Origin: Acidithiobacillus sp. M4-SHS-6
GTDB taxonomy: Bacteria > Pseudomonadota > Gammaproteobacteria > Acidithiobacillales > Acidithiobacillaceae
DNA: 24,000 bases
Direction: 5' to 3'
Assembly (NCBI RefSeq): GCF_047421495.1
Contig: NZ_CP175559.1
Location: 2,165,269-2,189,268, forward strand
Below, piece after piece: positions 6,572 to 15,127 of the stretch. The position numbers and the translations under genes were made by a program. The notes beneath the pieces were generated by a model. It searched no databases. It was not told where the DNA came from and saw nothing but the letters and a program-made list of their open reading frames with translations. Every line of letters begins with the position of its first letter. Position 1 is the stretch's first letter.

Positions 6572-6730
6572 CCACCGAAGGACGACATCCATCCCTACGA
6601 CTATCTGGTCGATGTTCTGCAGCGGGTCAGCCAGCACCCCGCCTCCCGGATCGCCGAACTGACCCCGCGACTCTGGAAGCAACACTTCGCCGCCAACCCT
6701 CTGCGCTCGGATTTGTATAACCTTCGGTAA
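6572..6730 (+). pseudogene. C-terminal fragment of an IS66-family transposase
   Basis: The frame opens after a stop at 6569-6571: PPKDDIHPYDYLVDVLQRVSQHPASRIAELTPRLWKQHFAANPL..., ending at TAA 6728-6730. This matches the conserved IS66 TnpC tail (DPxxYLxDVLxRlxxHPasrIxELlPxxW). No upstream part of the gene is present. Confidence 0.6.
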
Positions 6731-6803
6731 TAAACCGCGAGAGACGCCGCTCGGTTACCGTACATGGACGTCCCCAGTTTGCCAAACAATGTTGTTGGCC
6801 GGG

Positions 6804-7625
6804 CTATACGTCCACGGCCGCTACTGCGTAGTCGGGCCGGAATGACCGATCATGAGCGAGGAGCGCCCAGACGATTCGTGCGGACTTATTCGCCAAAGCC
6901 ACGGCCGCCACATTTTTGTTGCGACGTATGGCCACGGAAAAGTCCCAATTTTTGGGATCTGCCTTCTGTAAAACCCGATAAATCACCGACCGTGCGCCAT
7001 GAATCATGAGGGTGCGCAGGTAAGCATCTCCTCGCTTACTCATACCCAACAGGTTTTGTTTCCCCCCACTGGAATACTGCCTGGGAACCAATCCAAGCCA
7101 AGCAGCCAATTGGCGGCCATTTTTAAAATTCTTTTTCCGAGAGCCGGTCAATGAGACCACGGAACGATTCTGGCAATTTCTGGCTGGTGTCCTCCATCAA
7201 CTGATGGGACACGCTGTGTGACATAAGTGATCCCTTGCGGCACGACAATACCGAATTCGCTCAGCAGGCCACGAATCTGGTTGGCCTGCGCCGTGCGCGC
7301 CTTCACGAAACCTTGCCGCACCCGATGCAGTGAGAGAACCGCTTTCTGTTCGACATTCTTGATCGGGGCATAACGCATCGATGGTCGGCTAACCGCCTCG
7401 CAGATGGCCTCGGCATCAGCCGCATCATTCTTGTTGCTCTTCACGTAGGGCTTTACGAACTGGGGTGCCATCAGCTTGACCGTGTGCCCCAAGGATTCCA
7501 GCTTGCGTGCCCAATGATGCGCACTGCCGCAGGCCTCCATGCCGAGCAGGCACGGCGATAGGTTCGCAAAAAATATCGCAAGTTGGTTGCGATTGCTCGT
7601 GTAGTGAGGAAACCCTCACTATGGC
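6804..7625 (-). mobile_element. Degraded IS110-family transposase (5'-truncated, internally deleted/frameshifted)
   Basis: Track ORFs 7148-7540 (MEACGSAHHWARKLESLGHTVKLMAPQFVKPYVKSNKNDAADAEAICEAV...) and 6804-7160 (...FKNGRQLAAWLGLVPRQYSSGGKQNLLGMSKRGDAYLRTLMIHGARS...) are the DEDD and Transposase_20 halves. They are in different frames, and the middle of the protein (tens of aa) is missing between them. Homology upstream of the ATG (SNRNQLAIFFANLSPCLLG) ends at a stop near 7625, so the first tens of aa are also missing. Confidence 0.8.
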
Positions 7626-7737
7626 ACATCCATGTCGGTATAGGGTGGGGACGTCCATCCCATTGCTAACACAGGAGCTGTATACGGGTCAGGATCGGCA
7701 AAGTCAGAAAATTTGGGAAGGTGGGTTGCCTAAACGC

Positions 7738-8270
7738 TTACTGGCGGGTGGCGTGAGCAGCCATGTAGGCAGCGGTGGCATGATCACCAAGGTGCGGACC
7801 GCCGCCCAGGCCACTCGCTCGGGTACTGCCATCATCATCGTCAGCGGTCACGAACCGGACCTGCTGTTGCGCCTGCACCGGGGAGAGGCCCTGGGCACCT
7901 ACTTCCATCCCCGCCTGACCCGCCTGACCCGCCCGCAAGCGCTGGCTGGGCAACTCCGGGCAGCCGGCACCCTGCACCTCGACGCCGGCGCCGCCCAGGT
8001 GTTGAGGAAAAAGGGCGGCAGCCTGCTGCCCGTCGGTGTTACCGCGGCAGAAGGGCGCTTTCAGCGCGGCGATCTGGTCGTCTGCCTGGACCCGAAGGAC
8101 CGGGAAGTGGGCCGAGCCTGGTCAATCTCGACGCGCAGATGGTCCGGCAACGCACGGGGAAAAGCAGCAAGGTGATCGCCAAGGAGTTTGGTGAGCTGGA
8201 GGATCCGGAACTCATCCACCGCGACAATCTCGTCCTCAGCGAAACGGAGATCCCCGAAGAAGGGGCTTAG
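7738..8270 (+). pseudogene. proB: 3' fragment of glutamate 5-kinase (proB), about the last 45 percent including the PUA domain, with a 1-nt frameshift
   Basis: AGGVSSHVGSGGMITKVRTAAQATRSGTAIIIVSG...LDAGAAQVLRKKGGSLLPVGVTAAEGRFQRGDLVV matches the ProB C-terminal half. Near 8116 (cgagcctg) the frame shifts, and the homologous tail GLVNLDAQMVRQRTGKSSKVIAKEFGELEDPELIHRDNLVL continues in another frame to TAG 8268-8270. The kinase N-terminal half is absent. Confidence 0.75.
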
Positions 8271-8650
8271 AGACTCGCCTCCGTCTGCTCCTGCAACGCT
8301 TCCCAGCGCCGCTGGCAGGCCACACAACGCTCGGCTTCGGGTTCCACCCGCAAACGCGCCACGGGAATCTCTTCCCCGCAGTCCACGCAGATCCCGTAAG
8401 TGCCGGCCCTGATGCGCTCCAGGGCGAGGTTCACCGCCCGCAACGCCTGGGCCTCCCGCAAATCCCGCGCCAGCCCCAGGCTCTCGACGAGATCCAGCAC
8501 CGAGTCATCGCCGACATCCCGCACTTCCAGCCGCTCCCGCTCCTCCGCCGCCAACTCGCCGTTGAGCAGATGCGCACGCACGCCCATGAGCAAGTCGCGG
8601 CGCCGGTCTTTCAGGATATGATGAAAGGTTTCTACGAGTTTCGCATCCAT
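8267..8650 (-). CDS. DksA/TraR-family C4 zinc-finger protein
   Basis: The C-terminus is GTYGICVDCGEEIPVARLRVEPEAERCVACQ (CxxC-17-CxxC) after a helical region. The SD aagaggaa lies upstream of the ATG. Its stop overlaps the proB-fragment stop tail-to-tail. Confidence 0.8.
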   Translation of the reverse strand: MDAKLVETFHHILKDRRRDLLMGVRAHLLNGELAAEERERLEVRDVGDDSVLDLVESLGLARDLREAQALRAVNLALERIRAGTYGICVDCGEEIPVARLRVEPEAERCVACQRRWEALQEQTEASL

Positions 8651-8692
8651 GGAGGGGTTCCTCTTGGTAATGGGGCATACGTTGCCCGTTGG

Positions 8693-9658
8693 CTAGCGTT
8701 TTTTTACTGCGAGCGATTCCATCTCTCTGATCTGTTGTGCCATTACTTCGGCGGGTGTCCGACCCGAAGGGCGGCGTAAGCAAAAACCCAAAGATTTCCT
8801 AGGTCGATTATTGAGTTCGTCGGCAACGATGGTCAAGCAGCACTGAGAAAATTCCAACAGGTCCTGTCCCTTGGGGAAGTACTGCCGCAGCAGGCCGTTG
8901 GTATTCTCGTTCGTGGGCCGCTGCCAGGGACTGTGGGGGTTCGCGAAATAGGCCAGAATCCCTGTGCGTTTCTCCAGCTCCTGATGCCGCGCCATCTCCT
9001 TGCCCTGGTCGTAGGTCAGGGTCTGCCGAAACGCCTTGGGCAGGGACCGCAAGCGCCGCGTGAAGCCGTCCAGAATCGACTCGGCGGTGCTGTCATCCAC
9101 CCGCGCCAGAATCACGAAACGACTGCTGCGGTCCACCAGGGTGCCAATGGCGCTGCCGTTGTAGGCACCCTTGATCAGATCTCCTTCCCAATGGCCGGGA
9201 ATCTCCCGTGCCTCGGCTTCAACGGGACGCTCGCGGAGCGGACGCATGTTCTGGATACCGCCCCGGCGGTCCTTGCCCCGACTCCGGGGGCGCCGTTTGC
9301 CATGCCCCCGCCGCAGCGCCCCAATGAGCGCCCGCTTCAACTCGCCAGCGGGATGGGCATAGATGTACTGGTAAATGGTCTCGTGACTGACCTGTCGGGA
9401 CCGGTCTTCGGGGTAATCCAAGCGCAGCCTCCCGGCCACCTGCTCCGGTGACCACTTCCGCTCCAGCATGGCCGTGCTGACCTGTTCCGTCAAGGCATTC
9501 CCCGGAACCAGCTTGCGTGTGCCTCGGCGTCTCCGGGACCACGCCGTCTCCCGTCCCGTAACCGCATCATAACTGTTGTCCATCCACCCCCGATGAACCT
9601 CCCGGCTCAGGATGCTGGGGTTGCGTTGCAACTCTTTGGCCAGGGCTCTCAGGCTCAT
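8693..9658 (-). CDS. IS30-family transposase (N-terminal HTH apparently incomplete)
   Basis: HWEGDLI...TLVDRSSRF...LTYDQGKEMA...FANPHSPWQRPTNENTNGLLRQYFPKG...ELNNRPRK is the IS30 DDE core. The ORF starts inside the HTH (AAGMSLRALAKELQRNPSILSREV) and there is a stop 7 codons upstream, so the first roughly 20-30 aa seem to be missing or frameshifted. Confidence 0.85.
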   Translation of the reverse strand: MSLRALAKELQRNPSILSREVHRGWMDNSYDAVTGRETAWSRRRRGTRKLVPGNALTEQVSTAMLERKWSPEQVAGRLRLDYPEDRSRQVSHETIYQYIYAHPAGELKRALIGALRRGHGKRRPRSRGKDRRGGIQNMRPLRERPVEAEAREIPGHWEGDLIKGAYNGSAIGTLVDRSSRFVILARVDDSTAESILDGFTRRLRSLPKAFRQTLTYDQGKEMARHQELEKRTGILAYFANPHSPWQRPTNENTNGLLRQYFPKGQDLLEFSQCCLTIVADELNNRPRKSLGFCLRRPSGRTPAEVMAQQIREMESLAVKKR

Positions 9659-9675
9659 TCCTGCCGCTGGTCCAG

Positions 9676-9900
9676 ATGCTCACCGGCGGTGGTCGTTCAC
9701 TGGAAGACCTGTGGGTCATTCATGCCGACCCGGTATTGCGCCGTCTGCTGTCTTGGGAACGTCTGCCCAGCACGGATACGGTAGGAGACTGGTTGCGCCG
9801 TACGGGCGAAGGAGAAGGGCTGGCCGGTCTGGACCGGGTCCATCGCCGGGTGGTGGCCGCACACCTGCGCAAGGGTTGCACCCGGCAAGGGGAGCCGTAA
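9676..9900 (+). pseudogene. Internal fragment of an IS1380/IS4-like DDE transposase
   Basis: LTGGGRSLEDLWVIHADPVLRRLLSWERLPSTDTVGDWLRRTGEGEGLAGLDRVHRRV resembles the N-terminal region of IS1380-type transposases (aGGxxlxDlxxLRaDPxL...PSxsTxgxwLRR). It begins exactly where the IS30 gene ends, and there is no DDE core downstream. Confidence 0.45.
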
Positions 9901-9969
9901 AGCCCACACCCTCTAAAAAAGCCACGCGGCCCGCGATTTTGCTTGTGAAGTGGGCGGGCATGGCTCTGA

Positions 9970-10149
9970 GGGAGTGGCTTCTTCGTCAGATCGAACCTGC
10001 GTGAAATCATCATGCGGGGAGGAACCGCACTGGATCTGGCCCGACAAGCAGCCAGCGATGGGGTACTCACCATGCGCCAGAATGACTCGCGCCGAGTCAA
10101 GGAAAGGGTGACGAGCCTGGAAGATGTGTTGCGGGTTACCAACCTGTAA
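9970..10149 (+). pseudogene. C-terminal tail fragment of a GspE/PilB-type secretion ATPase
   Basis: GSGFFVRSNLREIIMRGGTALDLARQAASDGVLTMRQNDSRRVKERVTSLEDVLRVTNL, ending at TAA 10147-10149. This matches the conserved end of T2SS/T4P ATPases (..LRxLIxxgaSxxEL...A...Gm.TLr..g...V..G.TsLEEVlRVT). It is preceded by an in-frame stop at 9967-9969. Confidence 0.55.
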
Positions 10150-10578
10150 TGGTGTAGTTCATCCGAACGGCTTGTGATTTGCGGGATTTCGTCTATGTAG
10201 ATAGAAACGTCGTCTGGGAAGGGAAAACTTTCATCGAAAATTTCTCGGTGGAAACCTCCCTCTTCAGGGGGATATACGGTGTTGGGGAGATGAGTAACTT
10301 CTTGCCCATTCACCTCGCCAGAGGTGCAGATGGAAACGGGGAGAAAAATATTTTGTGGTCAAAAAGTGCCCAGGCTTACTGGTTGAATGGTATTTATCCG
10401 TGGGGGTATCGACTAAGGCATATGCTGAACCTCATCCCTATTTGTGTAAAACTGGTCTTAAAGTTCTACCCATTGACTATTTCACTCCGTTTTTAGCCGA
10501 CGAGATTTTCAAAAAAGCGCTTTTTCTGTCAGGCGCTAGCATATAATCCTTCTCAGTTGCATTTATCAAGGAATTGTC

Positions 10579-11145
10579 ATGAAATTTAATATGTTGTCCA
10601 CAGCAGCTCTATCTTTCTCTTTGTTACTTGCCAGTGCAGGTATTGCGCAAGCAGCAAGCACAGCAACGACAACGTTCAACGTCACCGCGACGGTTCCTGC
10701 CTTCTGTAAGGTGAGTGCTACGAACCTGAATTTCGGCAACTATACGCCGGGATCAGGAGCCGTTACGGGGAACTCCACCATTTCTGTGAACTGCACGAAA
10801 GGAACGACGTTCACCGTAGCTTTGAATGCTGGATCGAGTACGGGGGCCTCTTTTACCAATCGCAACATGACCGGTACAGGTGCTGCCGATCCCGCAGGGA
10901 ATACGGCTACAACCTCAGACTTGCTGAACTATCAGCTGTATACCACCGCGACCGTCGGTAGCGGTGGGACGATCTGGGGAGATGGTTCAACAGGCACTTC
11001 CACCGTAGCCGGCACGGGTGCTGGCATGGGCACGCCACAGGCTGTGGCCGAGACGGTTTATGGACAGATCCCAGACAGCACGGTGAACTCAACAGCGGTA
11101 CCCGGTGCGTATTCAGATACGGTGACGGTCACGGTGAGCTATTGA
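10579..11145 (+). CDS. SCPU (spore coat protein U)-domain pilin, CsuA/B-like major subunit
   Basis: The signal peptide is MKFNMLSTAALSFSLLLASAGIAQA. Further SCPU features are TFNVTATVPAFCKVSATNLNFGNY, LNYQLYT, GAYSDTVTVTVSY and paired cysteines. AAGGA lies 6 nt upstream of the ATG. Confidence 0.85.
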   Translation: MKFNMLSTAALSFSLLLASAGIAQAASTATTTFNVTATVPAFCKVSATNLNFGNYTPGSGAVTGNSTISVNCTKGTTFTVALNAGSSTGASFTNRNMTGTGAADPAGNTATTSDLLNYQLYTTATVGSGGTIWGDGSTGTSTVAGTGAGMGTPQAVAETVYGQIPDSTVNSTAVPGAYSDTVTVTVSY

Positions 11146-11146
11146 C

Positions 11147-11896
11147 ATGATGCGGTGGATTTGCAGATGTGGGGGCGCGGGACGAGTCATTGGTTTTTTT
11201 CTACTCATCGTTCTGCCTTTTTCTGCACAGGCCGGTGATTTCGCCATATCGCCGGTCCATGTTCACCTGTCTCAACACCATCCGATTGCCGCTCTGGTGT
11301 TGACCAATTTGCAGGATACATCACTGACGGTACAGGCAACAGCGCAAGCCTGGTCACAAGCACATGGCAAGAATATGACGACAGATACCCACAGTCTCAT
11401 TATTTCTCCGCCACTTTTTGCCGTGCCTCCGCACGGGAAACAGATCATCCGTGTGGGTCTGCGGACGCCCATTCCTCTGCGCCAGGAGAAAGACTACCGC
11501 TTGATCCTGCATGAAGTGCCTCCTCCACCCAATCCGAAAGTCACGGGGGTGCAGATCGTATTAAGAATGATCCTCCCGGTATTTGTTGCGCCTTTAGAAA
11601 AGGCGGCACCTCTCCAGTTACAGGTTTCTGCCCACGTTACGAAAAACGGATTTTCCTTGCAAATGGTCAATGACGGTAATCGGCATGTAGAAATTTCGGG
11701 AGTACGAATTTCTGAGAACGATCATGAAATTTTCAGGAAAGACCTTCTGATGTATGTACTGCCAGCCTCTCGTCAAGAGATCGATATTCCTGTCGCACAG
11801 AGTTTGTCTTATGTCGGGAAAACGCTGTCTGTGCAAATCATGACCCGTCAGAAGGAACAGCCCATAGATGCATCTGTGGTGGTTGTCGCCTCTTAA
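11147..11896 (+). CDS. Periplasmic fimbrial chaperone (PapD-fold, CsuC-like)
   Basis: A signal peptide ends in SAQA and is followed by FAISPVHVHL...ALVLTNLQD..LTVQ...IISPPLFAVPPHGKQIIRVG. The gene lies between the pilin and the usher. Confidence 0.8.
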   Translation: MMRWICRCGGAGRVIGFFLLIVLPFSAQAGDFAISPVHVHLSQHHPIAALVLTNLQDTSLTVQATAQAWSQAHGKNMTTDTHSLIISPPLFAVPPHGKQIIRVGLRTPIPLRQEKDYRLILHEVPPPPNPKVTGVQIVLRMILPVFVAPLEKAAPLQLQVSAHVTKNGFSLQMVNDGNRHVEISGVRISENDHEIFRKDLLMYVLPASRQEIDIPVAQSLSYVGKTLSVQIMTRQKEQPIDASVVVVAS

Positions 11897-14276
11897 TGGA
11901 AGATGTGCGGCGTTCTTTTTCTCGATGGCATTATTCTGTAGCGGTTTTGCCCACGCCCAAGGGATCGCCTCTGCGCCTTTCCCTCAACGGATCGGTGGGA
12001 GATTCTCCCCAACGAAACCCGTGGCAGTTATTTTTTCGGTGCATCTGAATGGGAAGCCAGTGAGTAGCGGTACGGTATTACAGCGTCTGCCTGACGGGGA
12101 ACTGCTTGTCTCAGCGAAAGACCTCACAAAATGGCGCTTGCGACGGCCCAAGAGTTCCGGACTGCTTATCGATAAGGTGTGGTATTATCCCTTATCCGCG
12201 TTGAAGATAAACAGTTATCATGTGGATACGGAAAGCCAGTCCTTGTTTCTCAAAGCGTCGGCAAGTGCATTCTTGCCCACAATGATCACAAAGCGGCAGG
12301 GACAAAACATCCGCGTTACGCCGCCATCTCTCGGTGCTTTCTTCAATTATAACCTTTATGCCCAACACACCATAGGAAACACGCAAGAAGGAGGCTATTT
12401 CAAACTGGGGGTGTTTAGCCCGCTAGGCGTAGTCACTACGAGCTTTATTGTTCAGCATGGCATGGACTTTCAACAAATAGCCAACCAGTCAGTGGTGGTT
12501 CGCCTCAACTCTCTCTGGACCCGTAATTTTCCCAATCGAATGACTGCATTGCAAGTGGGCGATTTTATCACACAGCCCGGTGCTTGGGGTCAGGCGGTGC
12601 GTATGGGTGGCGTCCAGTATGGAACGAACTTTGCCACCCAACCTTATTTGGTCACCACCCCACTGTACAGTGTGCGTGGCCAGGCGGTACTGCCGTCAAT
12701 GGTGGATGTGTACGTGAATCATGTTTTGGTATCGCGAAGTAAGGTACCGTCTGGGCCATTTGCGATCACGCATCTACCCGTCATCACGGGAAGCGGAAAT
12801 ATCAGCACGGTGGTCACCAACATGTTAGGTGCGCAACAGGTTATTACCCAACCTTTCTTCTCCAGTCAGCAGTTATTGCGTCCGGGATTGACCGATTTCT
12901 CCTTTGCCGCTGGGTGGATACGACAAGACTATGGAATACGCAGCAATGATTATGGATCTGCTGCAGCCGTAGGCACTTATCGCATGGGACTTTCCAATAC
13001 CTTCACCGGTGAGATTCATGGGGAGTTGCAGGCCAACAGAAATGCGCTCGGATTCTCTGGCTCCTGGGTGGTCAGTCCGTTAGGCATATTCTCTGGTTCT
13101 GTGGCCTATAGCCACAATCCATGTATTCATCCCGGACAGGGCGTATTGGCGAGCCTGGGTTTTGAACGCATCACGCAAGGCTTGTCTTTCAGTGCCAATG
13201 CACAGATAGATTCCTTGGGCTTTACGCAACTGGGGGATGTTCTTGGATATCCCCGCTTGAACTGGCAGGGAAATGCGACGATCAGTCAGGGTATTGGCTA
13301 TTGGGGTTCTCTGTCTGCATCGTATATTACCCAGAAATATTTTGGAGAGCCCGCGATCAAGATCACCCAGGCCAGCTACAATATCGGTTTGGGTCGTTGG
13401 GGTTACGTGAGTGCATCACTGCTGCGCACCTTTTCTCCCGAACAAAATACCCAGGTAGGGCTGTACTGGACAGTACCCTTTGGGTCGAGATCCAATGTGA
13501 GCCTGACCGCACAATCTGGGGGCACAGGAACTGGAGGTACACTGTGGACCGCCACTGCGCAGCGGAATCTTCCTGTAGGTGCTGGTTTTGGTTATCTGCT
13601 GCAGGCGTCCAGCAATCGCCAGACCTATTTACAGGGCCAATACCGTGGGCCGATAGGCACCTATACCGCACAAATGCAGTCTATAGCGGGTCAAGGGAGT
13701 AGCTACCGCCTGGAAGCCACCGGGGGAATGGGCATATTGGCCAGGACCACGTTCTTCAGCCGCACCATCAACGACAGTTTTGCGTTGATTCAAGTGCCTC
13801 ATATTGCGGGAGTGCAAGTATACGCTAACAATAACCTGATTGGTCGTACTCATACGGACGGGTACTTGATTATCCCGCAGCTACAGCCCTATCAACATAA
13901 TGTCATCTCCATCAATCAGCAGGATTTGCCCCTGGATGCGGAAGTCCCCACATTGGATATGCCGCTCGTTCCGGCCTATTTGAGCGGAAGCGTATTGACG
14001 TTCCCCATAGAGGTAGTGCGTTCGGCGACATTCACTTTGGTTCAGGAAAATGGCAAGCCTGTGCCCCCTGGTGCCATGCTGCAAATTCGTGGGCAAAAGA
14101 AGTCCTATCCCGTAGGATTTCATGGGCTGTCCTACCTGTCAGGGCTGGCGGTGCATAATACGGTAGACGCCACTTGGTCTGGTGGTCAGTGTAGCTTTAC
14201 TTTGACAGATCCCAAGACTACCCACCTGTTGCCCAATTTAGGGAGACAGGTTTGCCGAAACGGAGAACTCCAGTGA
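11868..14276 (+). CDS. Outer-membrane fimbrial usher (CsuD-like)
   Basis: It is 802 aa with a signal peptide ending in AHAQG and beta-rich G/S/T/Q/Y composition throughout. The middle and C-terminal plug-like segments resemble ushers (VDVYVNHVLVSRSKVPSGPFAI..LP). It overlaps the chaperone end, and the next gene starts at its stop. An alternative start is at 11925. Confidence 0.88.
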   Translation: MHLWWLSPLNGRCAAFFFSMALFCSGFAHAQGIASAPFPQRIGGRFSPTKPVAVIFSVHLNGKPVSSGTVLQRLPDGELLVSAKDLTKWRLRRPKSSGLLIDKVWYYPLSALKINSYHVDTESQSLFLKASASAFLPTMITKRQGQNIRVTPPSLGAFFNYNLYAQHTIGNTQEGGYFKLGVFSPLGVVTTSFIVQHGMDFQQIANQSVVVRLNSLWTRNFPNRMTALQVGDFITQPGAWGQAVRMGGVQYGTNFATQPYLVTTPLYSVRGQAVLPSMVDVYVNHVLVSRSKVPSGPFAITHLPVITGSGNISTVVTNMLGAQQVITQPFFSSQQLLRPGLTDFSFAAGWIRQDYGIRSNDYGSAAAVGTYRMGLSNTFTGEIHGELQANRNALGFSGSWVVSPLGIFSGSVAYSHNPCIHPGQGVLASLGFERITQGLSFSANAQIDSLGFTQLGDVLGYPRLNWQGNATISQGIGYWGSLSASYITQKYFGEPAIKITQASYNIGLGRWGYVSASLLRTFSPEQNTQVGLYWTVPFGSRSNVSLTAQSGGTGTGGTLWTATAQRNLPVGAGFGYLLQASSNRQTYLQGQYRGPIGTYTAQMQSIAGQGSSYRLEATGGMGILARTTFFSRTINDSFALIQVPHIAGVQVYANNNLIGRTHTDGYLIIPQLQPYQHNVISINQQDLPLDAEVPTLDMPLVPAYLSGSVLTFPIEVVRSATFTLVQENGKPVPPGAMLQIRGQKKSYPVGFHGLSYLSGLAVHNTVDATWSGGQCSFTLTDPKTTHLLPNLGRQVCRNGELQ

Positions 14277-14746
14277 TGATAGAACGCTACAGGAAATGGG
14301 TTGTTGCGGCAGTATTGCTACTGACTCCTCTCGCGGGAAATGCCGTCACTTGTTCTGCAAGTGCCCCAAATATCAATTTTGGGTCATACAATACCTTGAA
14401 TACCATCCAACTGCCTGCATCGGATATTTCCGTAACTTGTGCGGGTCTTGGTTTTGTTGCTCCAAAGGTCACTCTCAGTTCAGGCTCCGGGAGTTACTCA
14501 GCGAGAGTGATGAATGGGCCTGCAGGGAACACGCTGCAATATAACTTGTATACCAATTCCAGTTATACCACCGTATTTGGTGATGGTTCTTCCGGGACAG
14601 GTTACTATACTGGCAGTCTGCAATTTCTGTTTTTTGGTTCTGTGACCTATTCTGTTCCAGTCTATGCACAACTACCAGGCGAACAGAACGTGGCTCCGGG
14701 GACTTATTCGACGAATACGCCCATTACAGTGACCGTCAGTTACTGA
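14276..14746 (+). CDS. SCPU-domain minor pilin/tip subunit
   Basis: I start this at the ATG overlapping the usher stop (TGATG), not at the track ORF start of 14252. The signal peptide is MIERYRKWVVAAVLLLTPLAGNA. SCPU features are CSASAPNINFGSY, LQYNLYTN, GTYSTNTPITVTVSY. Confidence 0.8.
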   Translation: MIERYRKWVVAAVLLLTPLAGNAVTCSASAPNINFGSYNTLNTIQLPASDISVTCAGLGFVAPKVTLSSGSGSYSARVMNGPAGNTLQYNLYTNSSYTTVFGDGSSGTGYYTGSLQFLFFGSVTYSVPVYAQLPGEQNVAPGTYSTNTPITVTVSY

Positions 14747-14929
14747 GATGAGGGTTTTGGCCTTGGATTATCCGTTGAGCATGTCACAGCAGATCCATTG
14801 AGTCCATACAATAAATATCCCATCAAAGTATTTATCGGGTGATGTGCAAAAAAGGCGACAATTTGACAGACTAACCAAACAATGCGCTCTCATAACATGA
14901 ACAACTCTACCTGCTTAAGGACTTATTTT

Positions 14930-15127
14930 ATGTCATATATCAAAAATGCAATTTTCCCGGTCATGTTCGGCATAGCCATGATCAACGCCTGTGCCGCTTC
15001 TGCCGATGATTTTGACGGCAACTGGACGGCGGCATACGGTCATGTCCTGATGCAGATTCATGGTACACAAGCCCATGTTTCAATCCGCCATGGAGCCGAT
15101 GCAAGACTTATACAGACCTGTTTTTAA
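14930..15127 (+). CDS. Hypothetical small secreted protein (weak call)
   Basis: This lies within track ORF 14882-15127. MSYIKNAIFPVMFGIAMINACAASADD looks like a signal peptide. The surrounding DNA is AT-rich, and I recognise no homology. Confidence 0.3.
   Translation: MSYIKNAIFPVMFGIAMINACAASADDFDGNWTAAYGHVLMQIHGTQAHVSIRHGADARLIQTCF

Noticed and set aside
9720-10313. 197-aa minus-strand ORF spanning the IS1380-like fragment, the GspE tail and part of the pilus leader
   Set aside because: It crosses three unrelated fragment junctions, and most of it is an Arg/Ser/Pro-rich antisense read. Only its first roughly 55 aa (10150-10313) look protein-like, and I could not assign them to anything.
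10473-10547. Promoter candidates for the pilus operon (TTGACT at 10473-10478; TATAAT at 10542-10547)
   Set aside because: The TTGACT has no acceptable -10 at 16-19 nt, and the TATAAT has only a poor -35 (gctttt/ttctgt). This was not strong enough to list as a feature, so I mention it only under the operon finding.
14800-14835. AT-only inverted repeat ataaata-N11-tatttat downstream of the pilus operon as a possible terminator
   Set aside because: The stem is 7 bp of A/T only with an 11-nt loop and no U-tract, so it would be too weak thermodynamically to call.
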